DNA of 64,000 nt, from the NCBI RefSeq assembly GCF_009914755.1, contig NC_060931.1; one strand, given 5' to 3'. Of the stretch, positions 19,531-47,715 are shown in pieces. This stretch comes from the human T2T-CHM13v2.0 reference genome, Homo sapiens. A program made the position numbers and the translations under genes. Every line of letters begins with the position of its first letter. Position 1 is the stretch's first letter. The notes beneath the pieces were generated by a model that ran no database searches, was not told the origin of the DNA, and saw only the letters and a program-made list of their open reading frames with translations.

Positions 19531-19781
19531 CGCCCCGAGGCGCCCTCCTCCTGCAGGTGGATGATCCTGCCGGGAGGGTAGAGAGGGGGGTACTTGGGAG
19601 AAGAGTCCAGTGGGGAGTCGCTGGAGAAGCTGTAGGCCGGGGACCAGCGCGTCAGTAGGCTCTGCTCCCCCAGAAGAGGCTGTGTCAGGACTTCCTGGTC
19701 GCCCCCGTCCAGCTCCGTGGGCAAGTTGTTGGGGTTTCCTCCAAACAGTTCGTACCACAAACCGTGCAGCAAGATCTTGTA
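19531..19781 (-). CDS. DAGLB: DAGLB exon 14 (251 nt)
   Basis: ctcag|TACAAG...GGGCG|gtgagt; [15 protein letters not shown]...[19 protein letters not shown]. Confidence 0.98.
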
Positions 19782-19845
19782 CTGAGGGCGAGACCCAATC
19801 AGTAGAATGCTGTCACTCACCCTCTGTCACCCGAGACCTCCCGAA

Positions 19846-19925
19846 ACACCAAGGCGGACCAGGCACAGGAATCTGCCCTTTGACCCAGAAACCCCGCTTG
19901 GAAGACTCCAGCAAAGATGCACCGG
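19846..19925. repeat. 80-bp dispersed direct repeat, copy A
   Basis: 73/80 identical, ungapped, to 22669-22748. Confidence 0.92.
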
Positions 19926-20232
19926 CGAGCTGTGCTGGGTGGCAGCCACCTCGGCTCAGGACAAGGCTCTATGCCTAGTCACAGATCATGAGTGTGGGCT
20001 CTCTCTTGGGCAGTAAAACCATCACACGTGGAGCAATATTAAAAACTAAGCCATACAGACTGTGAGGGATATTTCCCTTAATTATTTTCCGGCAATTCTG
20101 GAAATCAGCTTTACCCTTCCTTCCCTGAAAGGCATTAGATATTAATTTCTATGGGCTGGAGCGCAATGGCGTGATCTTGGCTCCACAATCTGCCTCCCGA
20201 ATTCAAGCGATTCTCCTACCTCAGCCTACTGA

Positions 20233-20572
<340 letters not shown>

Positions 20573-20737
20573 TAATTTTTTGTATTTTTAGTAGAGACGG
20601 GGTTTCTCCATGTTAGTCAGGCTGGTCTCGAACTCCCGACCTCAGGTGATCCACCCACCTCAGCCTCCCAAAGTGCTGGGATTACAGGCGTGAGCCACCG
20701 GGCCCGCCCTAGATACTAATTTCTAAAAAAAATTTTA

Positions 20738-21988
<1,251 letters not shown>

Positions 21989-22211
21989 GATCCTGTTTCC
22001 TCCCTGTGACATTTCCCGCACTTGCTGCAGCCATTTGCTTTCTTAGACATCACAGAGTCCTAGCCCAGAATCTGATCAGATGGTGGAAGGAGAACTTCCA
22101 GCAACAGCATAGAGTGCCCTGCACTGAGGGTGCAATTCCTCCCGGCTCTCCACAGGATCTCAGGGACAGGCCCCGTGTCCTGCTGACCCTCTCAACAAGG
22201 CACCCGCTTAC

Positions 22212-22284
22212 CTTGGGTTTATTGCAGTGCGCGACCACTCGCAAGATTCTTCTCTTCAGATCTTCCAAGTTGGTCACACTGAGC
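22212..22284 (-). CDS. DAGLB: DAGLB exon 13 (73 nt)
   Basis: aacag|GCTCAG...CCCAAG|gtaagc; [24 protein letters not shown]. Confidence 0.98.
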
Positions 22285-22366
22285 CTGTTTAGCAAAGGGG
22301 CACACTGAGGCTGGGACCTGGCACTCCCAACCCCCCAGCCCTGGGCACAGCACCAGGTGGGCTTAC

Positions 22367-22435
22367 CTGGGAATCACATCCTTCCCCAGGACGAGTGACA
22401 CGATGAAGCTCTGAGAATATTCCTGCAGAGCTTTG
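22367..22435 (-). CDS. DAGLB: DAGLB exon 12 (69 nt; catalytic Asp495)
   Basis: ttcag|CAAAGC...CCCAG|gtaagc; [22 protein letters not shown]. Confidence 0.98.
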
Positions 22436-22689
22436 CTGAAATTCCAAACAGAGAGAGGATGTTAGCTTTACGATGACACTGCCCACAAGGGCTTCCATGA
22501 AAGAAATCAGTAACACTGAGGGGTTAGGTTCCCAGGCCTCAGCTCTGTTCTCTCTTCTCTAAAGGGAGGGTAGGGGAAACGTCAGTTATGGCAACTCACT
22601 GGCCAGATCCTACTAAAGCCACAATATGTGTTCAACAGAGACGCCCCGCAGCTAAAACCGCAAACTGGACACCAAGGCGGACCAAGCAC

Positions 22690-25965
<3,276 letters not shown>

Positions 25966-26027
25966 ATGAGTCTTGACCACATGACTTGTAAGTAGCAAGC
26001 TGTTAGAGCAGGAAAACAAAGGCTCAC

Positions 26028-26155
26028 CTCCACAGCCCCCGGGGTGGGGAGAAGGCGTAGCACCTGACCTGCGGGTAGGCGGCTCTGAGCATGGTGGCCA
26101 GCAGGGCGGCCGCCCCGCCCCCGAGGCTGTGGCCCACTATGACCAGCCGGTACTC
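26028..26155 (-). CDS. DAGLB: DAGLB exon 11 (128 nt; GHSLG nucleophile Ser443)
   Basis: tctag|GAGTAC...TGGAG|gtgagc; [42 protein letters not shown]. Confidence 0.99.
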
Positions 26156-26241
26156 CTAGAGGACAGACAGCAGAATGAGGTGAAGGGTAAAAACAACAGC
26201 TCCAAAGAGGACAAGGAAAGAAACGTTAACTAAGATCTCAC

Positions 26242-26322
26242 AGGAGCAATGCTGAAGGCTTGGCTCAAAATCCCGTCGTTGATGAGTCGTTGGTAAACGT
26301 ATCTGGCAGCTTGAGAAATACC
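26242..26322 (-). CDS. DAGLB: DAGLB exon 10 (81 nt)
   Basis: tttag|GGTATT...GCTCCT|gtgaga; [27 protein letters not shown]. Confidence 0.97.
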
Positions 26323-26515
26323 CTAAAAACACAGACAAAGAAGGTGGCCGTTAATCCTCAGACAAGGCAGGCCCAGCAGAGACTCAAAGATGGGATGACG
26401 CTGTGCACTGATGTGTGAGTCTCTCCTGGGATCTGAGACTGCAGAATCAGCAGCCACGTCCATCGTGCATGGCTGTGCTCCTGGCACCTTGCACAGCGCC
26501 TGACGTGAAGCAGGT

Positions 26516-30540
<4,025 letters not shown>

Positions 30541-30569
30541 AAACACACACAGAGAGAAGGAAAAGCCAC

Positions 30570-31000
30570 AGAGCTGGGCTCAAATGCCCAACCTGCTACT
30601 TATTCCAGTAGCCACGCGACTTTGGGCAAGGCACTCGCTCTCTCTGAACAGGCTTCTCTCTCTTAGAACAAACGAAATCCCACAGCCTCCCAGGGCTGCT
30701 GTGAGAATCAGGCAGCGCGGGAGGCGCAGGCAGCGCGGGAGGCGCAGGCAGCGCGGGAGGCGCAGGCAGCGCGGGAGGCGCAGGCAGCGCGGGAGGCGCA
30801 GGCAGCGCGGGAGGCGCAGGCAGCGCGGGAGGCGCAGGCAGCGCGGGAGGCGCAGGCAGCGCGGGAGGCGCAGGCAGCGCGGGAGGCGCAGGCAGCGCGG
30901 GAGGCGCAGGCAGCGCGGGAGGCGCAGGCAGCGCGGGAGGCGCAGGCAGCGCGGGAGGCGCAGGCAGCGCGGGCTCTGTGCAGTCCCTGACCCGAGGCAC
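30570..31000 (+). mobile_element. MIR element interrupted by the minisatellite
   Basis: GCGACTTTGGGCAAGGCACTC..CTCTCTGAAC and CCTCCCAGGGCTGCTGTGAGAATCA match the MIR core; GCAGTCCCTGACCC resumes after the array. Confidence 0.65.
30709..30973. repeat. 18-bp GC-rich minisatellite, 14.7 perfect copies (CAGGCAGCGCGGGAGGCG)
   Basis: Read directly: 14 identical units plus 13 nt. Confidence 0.98.
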
Positions 31001-31055
31001 CCATCTTCTGTGTGGTCAGCATTCACAGGCAAGACACACGAGTCCGCGCTCATAC

Positions 31056-31133
31056 CTTGTGTGCCAGGCGGTCCTGCACCTCACACTCCACGTCCAGCAC
31101 CTCACTCTCCGCTGACAGGTCCGTAAGGACATC
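31056..31133 (-). CDS. DAGLB: DAGLB exon 9 (78 nt)
   Basis: tacag|GATGTC...CACAAG|gtatga; [26 protein letters not shown]. Confidence 0.98.
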
Positions 31134-31989
31134 CTGTAAAAAGGGCGTTGCAGAAGCGGCCGTCAGCCTGTGATGGGCAGGGTGGGAGAATGACAGGTGG
31201 TCCCTGCTCCTGACACTTCTGTGGAGGATGGCGGGGATGGCACCATCTCCTAGTTCGGTCCTGGGACTGAACCCTAAACTAAAGAGGGAAACCCAGCGGT
31301 GGCTCCTGAGGGCCCTGATGGCACGACCAGCTCTGGGCCAGGCGTGAAGGGTGGAGGGGACCATGGAGTGTGCCTAAGACACGCCCTGCGCCTTCCCCAT
31401 CACACACACGTATTCTAAGGACCCCGTGGCACAGAACCTGTGCCAGGGTTCTGAACAAAGCCTGGTTCCCGTCCTCAGGAGCCCCGTAACAGGTGAAACC
31501 GTGGAGAGGAGGAGGCCTAGACTAGCACCACAGCAAGGGCCAGGCAGTGCCGAGTCAGAGGATGGGGCACAGCCCAGGCGCAGGGGCAGCTCCCTGGAGG
31601 AGGTGACGCCACAGCCAGACCCGAAGGAAGAGGTTGTTGTGAAAGCAGAGAGGACAGGCGGCGTCCTCCCAACAGGGGCAGCAGGACCCGCTGGCTGGGG
31701 CCCTGGGCACGGCTCCACACCAGCCATATTTGAAAAGGTCCACAGGCGAGTGCTGTGCTGCTGGGCTGGAGGCCCCGGCAGCAGCGTCCAGGCTGCGGAG
31801 TGGGCATGGGGGAGGCTGCTGGGTAAAGCACCCAGAGCTGTGATAAGAAACACAAACTTGATGTTAAAGACAGTGGGCCCAAGCATAGAAAAGCGCAAAA
31901 ACACATCCTCTGCAGCAACGGATGCAGCTGCGGGCCATCATCCTCAGCGAATTAACGCAGACAGAGAAAAGCAAACACCGCATGGTCTG

Positions 31990-32225
31990 ATGCGACGGTG
32001 GAAGCTCAACATTGGGTATTCATGGACACAAAGAGGGGACAATAGACACTGGGGCTACTAGAGGAGGGCAGGGGAAGGAATGAAAACCTAACCACTGGGT
32101 ACTATGCTCAGTACCTGGGAGACGGGATCAACAGTACCCCAAACCTCAGCGTCACACAGTATACCCAGCTACAAATCTGCACATGTACCCTCTGAATCTA
32201 AAATAAAAGTTGGAATTAAAAAAAG
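31990..32225 (+). mobile_element. L1 3'-end fragment (old L1PA/L1PB type)
   Basis: GGGTACTATGCTCAGTACCTGGG...CTGCACATGTACCCTCTGAATCTAAAATAAAAGTT. Confidence 0.8.
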
Positions 32226-32344
32226 AACATTTAAAGATAAATCCATAAAGGCAATGGGAAGCCACTGGAGGTATCTGAGCAGGACGGTAAGATCCGATCC
32301 GTGTTCTAGAGTGAGTCCTTGGTGGACAGGACAATGGACAGACG

Positions 32345-33197
<853 letters not shown>

Positions 33198-34080
33198 CAC
33201 TGCTTCTTAAATGGGCAATGGGGGGACGATGGCAGAGCTGACGTGAACAGGGCGCCCCCCGGGAGGAGCAGCCCTGTGGGAAGTGTGGCTTCTCTGGTGC
33301 CTCCCGGGAGACCCACAGATGGCTCCTGAAGATGCAAGTTTGGGGTCCTGGCCCTGGACTTAGGGGGGCTACCCCAGAGCCAGTCAGGAGCAGAAGAGGG
33401 CTGAGCACACAGGCTCTGGAGTCTCAACTCATTTTCTGGGTCAGCAGAGAAGAACGGGAAGTGAGACTGAGGAGTGGCCAGGAGGAAACCGGAATGGAGA
33501 GAAGAAAGCTTTGACAAGGAAAGCGTCACCTGGCATCTCCAAGGGGCCCAGGAGTATGGACTGAGGAAGACAGAAGAGGGGCCATGGGCTGGGGATGGAT
33601 GTCGGCAGTCCTGACCTCACCTGGAGAACGGCAGGCCACGAGGGCCTGTGAGGATCCAAACCGGGAGCCTCCAGCGGGGCTGGTGGCCAGGGGCGTGACT
33701 CTCTGCAGCAAGACTGACTCACTGCCGCCATCTGGCTCTGGTGCAGAAATTCCCCGGGAGGGCTCCCGGGTGTGGGGCCTGGCTGGGCTCAGGGAAGTTA
33801 GGCAGGGAGGGGTCAAGCAGGTGCCCTCTGGGAGCTCCTGTGGCGGGGGGGCCAACCTGCTGGCCGCTCTGCTGCTGACAGTTCTCAGTGAAGATGAAAC
33901 AGCTTCATCCCTTTTTGCAAAGGGAGTATTTCCCAACCCCAGGCTCACATCCTCATTTTCTGTCCTCACCATTTTCCCCTGTGTCTCATGCGGTTACTGA
34001 CGGATTTCCCCAGCCGAGCAGCTGTGGGCTCCCGCTCCCGCACCCACTCCCAGGGCTGGAAAGTCAGGTTCCAACGTTAC

Positions 34081-34164
34081 CTGCAGAGACATGGTCCCCC
34101 TCACAGCGACCACAACAGACTCTTTCCTGTGATCCAGAGCCACTAAAAACGGCAGCTCGTAAAC
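34081..34164 (-). CDS. DAGLB: DAGLB exon 8 (84 nt)
   Basis: tgcag|GTTTAC...CTGCAG|gtaacg; [28 protein letters not shown] (lipase-3 RGT motif). Confidence 0.98.
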
Positions 34165-34577
34165 CTGCAGGAGCAAGAAACAAGCATGGGGCCTAAACAG
34201 TGAACACACGCACCAGCACGCAAAGTCGGAGCCCTGCAGTGTCTGCAATGACAGCCCAAGTCCTGCGGCACAGAGAGGAGGGGACACCGCCTCTCCACTC
34301 ACGCTCACTACACAGTGGGACCCACTCTGGCAGGGACTGGCCTTCATAAACCATGCTGCTCTACATGAAAAAGGATCTTTGTTTTCTTAGCCTCTCTCTG
34401 ACCTCCCCAGAGATTCGGATTGAACTGGCCCAGGGTGCGGCCTGGACCTCAGCAGTGTTAAAAGCTCCTCAAGAGGTTCTACTGGGCAGCAAAGTGGGAG
34501 AGCCGCCGATCTGCGCCAGCAGGCCTCCCGCTGCGGTGCCTATGAGAATCACCTGGAGAGACAGCGAGCGACACTGA

Positions 34578-34899
<322 letters not shown>

Positions 34900-35316
34900 A
34901 CAGCTGGCTTTTGCAGCTTCTCCCAAGGTGACAGTGACCCCCCCAGAGTGCCAGACCTGCTACACTACACTACTGATGGCACTCACAACCCAGGACGACG
35001 ATACGAATCCCAGAAGGCCATGCGGCATTAATACTGAGGGATTTCACTCCTCAACAGAAGGGCGAGGTAAGAAACACAGCGCGCTATCTCTGATGAAGAC
35101 GTCTCTATCTTATGTGAAACCTGGGTTCTGAACCTGCACCAGGGCATCTGTGTGGCTCCCCCAGAGTCTGTGGCCCCTCTGAAATAGTACACAGGACTTA
35201 GAAGTGTGTTTGTGTGTCTATGAATTACGGGAAGAATAATTCATAACTTCCATCAGAATCTCTAACAGCTCCAGGACCCAAAAGAAGTGAAGAGCCGCTG
35301 TCTGCAGCGTCCACAC

Positions 35317-35443
35317 CTTGTCATGGAAGCTGACGTGGATGAAGTCCCTGTACTGCAGCCCTGTGGTGTGCAGGATGGAGCCGAAGTGACAGTTGAGCTG
35401 ATCGCCTCCGACCAAGTCATAGTCTGTGGTTCTGCTTCTGCAG
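35317..35443 (-). CDS. DAGLB: DAGLB exon 7 (127 nt)
   Basis: tttag|CTGCAG...GACAAG|gtgtgg; [42 protein letters not shown]. Confidence 0.97.
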
Positions 35444-35611
35444 CTAAAAAGAGGACAAAGACGTTACTATGCCGAACAGAGCCACTTGGCAAGGAACGTC
35501 CATCCTCACTGCCACATGTTCCCAGAGACGCGAGGACCAGAGCGGACAATTCTCAGGACTTAGCCTGGCTGACATGGAATGGCTTTTTAAAACTTAATTT
35601 GATCGACTGAC

Positions 35612-39704
<4,093 letters not shown>

Positions 39705-39810
39705 TCATGGGAGTTCTTTGCACTGTTCTTTCAAATTTTTGAAATATCTCAAAATAGCTTTTTTTTTTAAGGGAAATATGGCTATGGAGGCTCAGACTGT
39801 GCCAACCCAC

Positions 39811-39938
39811 CAGTCACCACCAATCCTGCACAGCCCCGTGAGGGGGTTTCTGTAGATGTAGAGGGGCCACCCATAGGCCGCTGCTGCAAACTGCATGTAA
39901 TGATGGCAGTTTTCTAATTCTGCATCCAGATCAGCTTC
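39811..39938 (-). CDS. DAGLB: DAGLB exon 6 (128 nt)
   Basis: tgtag|GAAGCT...GACTG|gtgggt; [42 protein letters not shown]. Confidence 0.97.
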
Positions 39939-40056
39939 CTACAAGAGAAGGACAAAAACTACTGTTTATTAAGGGAACTCCTGACACAGAGGATCAACAC
40001 ACTGAGACCTGAAACCTGAACTCATTCCTGACTCTTCCTGCTCCTTCGTTGAATAG

Positions 40057-42008
<1,952 letters not shown>

Positions 42009-42082
42009 GGTGGGAGAGGGGAGGGAAGGGGAGGAGGGGGAGGGGAGGGAGGGGAAAGGGGAATGAAGGAAGGGAGGAAGAA
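42009..42082 (+). repeat. G/A-rich polypurine low-complexity tract
   Basis: GGTGGGAGAGGGGAGGGAAGGGGAGGAGGGGGAGGGGAGGGAGGGGAAAGGGG... Confidence 0.88.
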
Positions 42083-42167
42083 ATTGCTATAGGTTAGCTG
42101 TATGATTCTGAAGACCCACCAAAAGGTGTAAGTGTCAGAACTGGACACTCCATGAAGCCAGGCTCAC

Positions 42168-42290
42168 CTGGGAGCTCCCTGGGGCATGGCAGACCACCTG
42201 GGCAGGCTCTTGGTTGTTCCTGATATTGTCCTGTTGCTGATGAAGCAGGGCGAGGCCCGCCGCAATGTCGCTGGGCACCAGATCTGTGTC
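42168..42290 (-). CDS. DAGLB: DAGLB exon 5 (123 nt)
   Basis: cccag|GACACA...TCCCAG|gtgagc; [41 protein letters not shown]. Confidence 0.98.
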
Positions 42291-42889
42291 CTGGGTGGGA
42301 AACCACAATGGCCTGTCATAAAACCCAGCAGGCACCACCCCCGGGTTCCCTAAAATCCAGTCTTCTATAGTTGATAGGCATTCACGCACACACAGACATT
42401 TCTAGACACAGAGGTATGTTAAAAAGACTGCTCCTGGCAGGAGTGCTTCTCTATGTGACCTGAATATGTTTTCACATCCTGCCCTCAGACAAGTCCACTG
42501 GAGAATATAAAAATGCTATTCGTCTGTCTTAAAATTTCACTTCATGTGACTCAACTATTTTTAATCTACTTCAAATATTTTGTAAAGTGGAGAAATCAAT
42601 GGATAAATTGTCCGTTTTTGTAGCAATGCACCATTTTAGCCCACGTTTATACTCTCATTTCTCAAGATGCTGGGAAGGTTTTGTTGAAACACAGTGGATG
42701 GTAGAGATTTATGAGACTAAACTCATACTCACAGGGTATGGCAAGCCTCATAAAGGACCCCAAGCTGGGAAAGCAACAGAGAGTGAGTCTTCTTAGGCCT
42801 GACATGTCCTTTTTCTCCAGGAAATGGAGGAATTAGGAATTCTCAATCACCTCCGGGTACTTGTAGCCCGTAAGAATGGACAATATACT

Positions 42890-43200
42890 GCCAGGTGCGA
42901 TGACTCACGCCTGTAATCCCAGCACTTTGGGAGGCCGAGGTGGGCGGATCACCTGAGGTCAGAAGTTCGAGACCAGCCTGGCCAACATGGTGAAACCCTG
43001 TCTCTACTATAAATACAAAAATTAGCTGGGCGTGGTGGCAGGTGCCTGTCATCCCAGCTATTGTAGTACTCTAGCTACTCAGTACGCTGAGGCAGGAGAA
43101 TCTCTCGAACACAGGAGGTGGAGGTTGTGCCAAGATGGCGCCACTGCACTCCAGCCCGGGTGACAAAACGAGACCTTGTCTCAAAAAAAAAAAAAAAAAG
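42890..43200 (+). mobile_element. Alu with TSD GACAATATACTG
   Basis: Forward Alu with direct flanking repeat. Confidence 0.9.
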
Positions 43201-44092
43201 ACAATATACTGGCCACTCAGCCACTGAGCCATCAGTTCTGCCTGTGATGTAGATTACGACATCCTCTAGAAATAACCAGCTTCTCTTCTTCCCTCTTCCA
43301 GATATCTTAAGACTAGGTTTAAGCACTTCTTTAAGTTACTGAGGGGACACGCTTCCCTCTTCCCTCTACGGAGGCTGCTGCTATGACTTGGTGTCAGGCT
43401 CCAGGACCAGCCCTGAATGGTGCCAAGTCGGATAGCACAGAGGTGGGAAGAGAGACTGGCAGGTGTGCAGGATAAGCAGAGAACTCTTCCTCCCTTACCT
43501 CATCTCAGTATGGAATTTAACAGCATTTAGCAGAGAATGTCATATAAAAAGATGACACGCTGCATGTGAAAAAAAAAAAACAAGCATTTTCAAATTGCGG
43601 AAGAACTCGCTCTAGAATGACGCTCCCTTCTGTGCTGCAATCATCTATTCAAACTGTCTTCCAAAAGTAGCATCGTCGATCATTTCCATCATGATACAAA
43701 GTGGTAAGAAGTCACTCACTATCTGATTCCAACCTCGATTCATGCCACTGCCTGTGCTTGGTATCTGCTCAACAGCAGCTGCAAATTATTCTCAAAGGGT
43801 ACAGCGTCCGTTATGTGGTTCCTTACAGGCTAATCCAGCATTTTGACAGGGTAGTGAGTGGGTGTCAATACGAAGACATGTCCTATTGGGACACAGGGTC
43901 TGAGAAGGTGTGGCTCTTGCAGTTAACTGCTCCCTGGAGGGCTCATCACAGACAGAGGGTCTCCGGCCACCCCCCACACACCCAAAGACACCAGGTTCTC
44001 AAACGCGGTTTTATGGGAACAGAGGGACCGGCTCCATCAGAAGCATTTACTGAAACAGAAGAAACAGACCAAACCAGATCCCCTCGGCTTAC

Positions 44093-44351
44093 TGAAAAGT
44101 AGGTTGAGAAAAGCTCTGCCGTACTCGAAAAAGCAACCCGAGTATGGTCGTCTTTCCCAATGCAACAGCACAAGAGCTTGATTCTGGTTTCCCACACGCT
44201 TGTAGCTGCTGTCTTGAGGCCATTAAGTAACTGGCTTGAATCATGACTATCCAGGTGGCTGGGGCCGGCAGAGGAATATGGAGCCATTTTCCCCCCAAGA
44301 GGGTCAAAGACAATGATAATGGAAACCACTGTGGCAGCGATGATGATCCAA
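44093..44351 (-). CDS. DAGLB: DAGLB exon 4 (259 nt; second half of TM4)
   Basis: tgcag|TTGGAT...TTTTCA|gtaagc; [21 protein letters not shown]...[31 protein letters not shown]. Confidence 0.98.
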
Positions 44352-44536
44352 CTGCAAGACAGAGAGAGGAAAAGGCTCGGTGACTGCGGGCCCCAGCCCA
44401 GACGCAGATGTCCGGGGTCCCTCCTCCAGGTTCAGTTTCTGAGTCTCTACCACGGAGGGTTCTGTTACCGAGGAAGATGCAGCTCTCCTGGAACCTGCCT
44501 GAGGCAAGCAACTTTCTTCTAGAAAGTTCCTTATGA

Positions 44537-44845
<309 letters not shown>

Positions 44846-45692
44846 TCAGTGGTTAACCCAGGCCCTGCCCTAACAGTAAAGGCCACAGAAGGAACAGGGA
44901 GGTGTCCGCTGGGCAGAGTTGCAGCCTGCGCCCGGATGCAGCGGGCACTTCTTCTCCATATGGCCCTGGGACCATGACATACGCCCTTCCCCTTCGGTGC
45001 CTCAGGGCTCTTCTCATGAAGGTATCACAGAGTACTCTGATAGGCCTCTCATCTATATGTTTAAATATTTCACACTGCAAGACGCCGGATTGAGGAGCAC
45101 ACGCAACCGGGAAATGCCCCTCCCGAAGGGGCTCTGCTGCCCCCTGGCGGTGTGACTCGAGAAACGCAGCAACAGCCCAGGTCTGATTCCTTATTTAGAA
45201 CAGAGGGTGTTAAGGGGGCGGGACTGGATCATCTCTAAGATTTTTAGCCTAGAAAACACGAAAACCTTATTGTTCTAGAATATTATTCCCTGTCCCACTT
45301 CTGGACACCGTATCTCTTTTCATACCTTTAGTTTTAGTTTTTGCTCTGGTTTTGGTCTTTGGTTTTCTTCCGAATTCTTATAAGAGAAGGGTTAGGAATA
45401 AAAGACTTTAAGAAAAAAAGAAAAAAAAAAAAGAGAGAGAGACAGAAGGGAATGTAGAAAATAAAGAACCAGTAAGGAAAGAAATCTACATCAATACGTG
45501 CATAACGAAAGACGAGTTGTATTTCATGGACAAACAGTGTCTCTAAATTTTCATGAGTTACGCAGAAACTAACTCCAATTTCTAACTATTTGAGGAAGTC
45601 CGAGGGACGCTGGACTCTCTGTCATGTTAGAAGGGTTTGTTCACCTATGCCTCAAATCCACTGAAACTCAAAGAGAAGAAGGGAGATGTCAC

Positions 45693-45864
45693 CTGACCAC
45701 GACGGTTGCGATGATGCCGTTTACAACTGTCCTGTCGCACTGAACACCATCTGCCACCCAGGCAGCCCCCAGAGAGGCCCAGACCATCTCTGGAAAAAAC
45801 AGCGCCAGGCGGATGTAAAGCAGCTTAGACATAGACTTCCGCGGTCCAGGGTTACAAATCGTTC
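45693..45864 (-). CDS. DAGLB: DAGLB exon 3 (172 nt)
   Basis: ttcag|GAACGA...GTCAG|gtgaca; [56 protein letters not shown]. Confidence 0.98.
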
Positions 45865-46118
45865 CTGAAATACAAAAAACGTTCCGACTGCTCAGTTGCT
45901 TCCTCAGAGATGAAGAGCTTCCTTTTTGCAAAAATACAGCTTTTGCAGAGCATACATTTGTACTGTGCACACCCGCCTCCTGACTTTTTCTACTTATAAT
46001 TGGTAATCAGCACCTAAGTCAGACAGCAAGTGAGAAAATGAGGATGGGAAACGTGACAAGAAGTCCTGGGCTCTTTTTTAAGATTTAGCAGGGATTAAAA
46101 ACACTTCTGGGTTCTCAC

Positions 46119-46486
46119 TGGGGTGACAATATAATCATGGCCCAAACTGGTATACTTCTGAGAGGAAAAAAGGGGACTATTAATAATTATGCTGGGGCCG
46201 GGCACGGTGACTCACACCTGTACTCCCAGCACTTTGGGAGGAGGCCAAGGCAGGTAGATCACCTGAGGTCAGGAGTTCGAGACCAGCCTGGCCAACATGG
46301 TGAAACCTCATCTCTACTAAAAATTAAAAAATTAGCGAGGCGTGGTGGCGGGCGTCTGTAATCCTAGCTACTTGCGAGGGAGGCTGAGACAGGAGAATCG
46401 CTTGAACCCAGGAGGCGGAGGTTGCAGTGAGCTGAGATTGCGCCACTGCACTCTAGTCTGGGTGACAGAGCAAGACTCCGTCTCAA

Positions 46487-46523
<37 letters not shown>

Positions 46524-46595
46524 GTAATAATTATGCTGAGACAACAGGCACAAAACAGAACTGTCCCAGGCAAACAGGGATATATGGTCACCCAA
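46119..46595. mobile_element. MER94-like hAT MITE interrupted by an Alu (~46196-46522)
   Basis: TIRs GGGTGACAATAT / ATATGGTCACCC; 8-bp TSD GTTCTCAC / GTTCTAAC; Alu TSD AATAATTATGCTG. Confidence 0.8.
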
Positions 46596-46733
46596 GTTCT
46601 AACAGCCATGAAAACAAGCTCCACGTCCCTTTGAGACCTACATTGTTCTAGACACCAACCTAAAACACTTTATGTGCGTAGTTCTGTAATCCCCACAATG
46701 ACTGGGTTAGTCATTATCTCATTTTACGTATGA

Positions 46734-47285
<552 letters not shown>

Positions 47286-47354
47286 TAAATTCAAAAAATT
47301 ATCTTCTGTTAGAATGACTGAAATAGTTACATTTTAAAATATTAGGCACTAACA

Positions 47355-47715
47355 TAAAGAAGGATGAGTTCATGTCCTTTGTAGGGACATGGATGAAGCT
47401 GGAAACCATCATTCTGAGCAAACTATCGCAAGGACAGAAAACCAAACACCGCATGTTTTCACTCATAGGTGGGAACTGAACAATGAGAACACTTGGACAC
47501 AGGGTGGGGAACATCACACACCGGGGCCTGTAGTTGGGTGGGGGAGGAGGGAGGGATAGCATTAGGAGATATACCTAATGTAAATGACGAGTAACGGGTG
47601 CAGCACACCAACATGGCACATGTACACATATGTAACAAACCTGCATGTTGTGCACATGTACCATAGAACTTAAAGTATAAAAATAATTTTTAAAATGCAA
47701 AAATAAATAAATAAA
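47355..47715 (+). mobile_element. 5'-truncated primate L1PA insertion (end of ORF2 plus 3' UTR)
   Basis: GATGAGTTCATGTCCTTTGTAGGGACATGGATGAAGCTGG...; TSD TAAAATATTAGGCACTAACA at 47335-47354 and 47716-47735. Confidence 0.95.

Noticed and set aside
18531-19978. + strand ORFs opposite DAGLB exons 14-15 and the 3' UTR
   Set aside because: GC-rich antisense shadows of coding and UTR sequence with no independent exon structure
30709-30973. CRISPR-like array or a protamine-like Arg-rich gene
   Set aside because: Identical head-to-tail units with no spacers, in a human intron; open frames follow from the T-free unit
47299-47562. 87-aa minus-strand ORF
   Set aside because: Antisense translation of the L1PA 3' end
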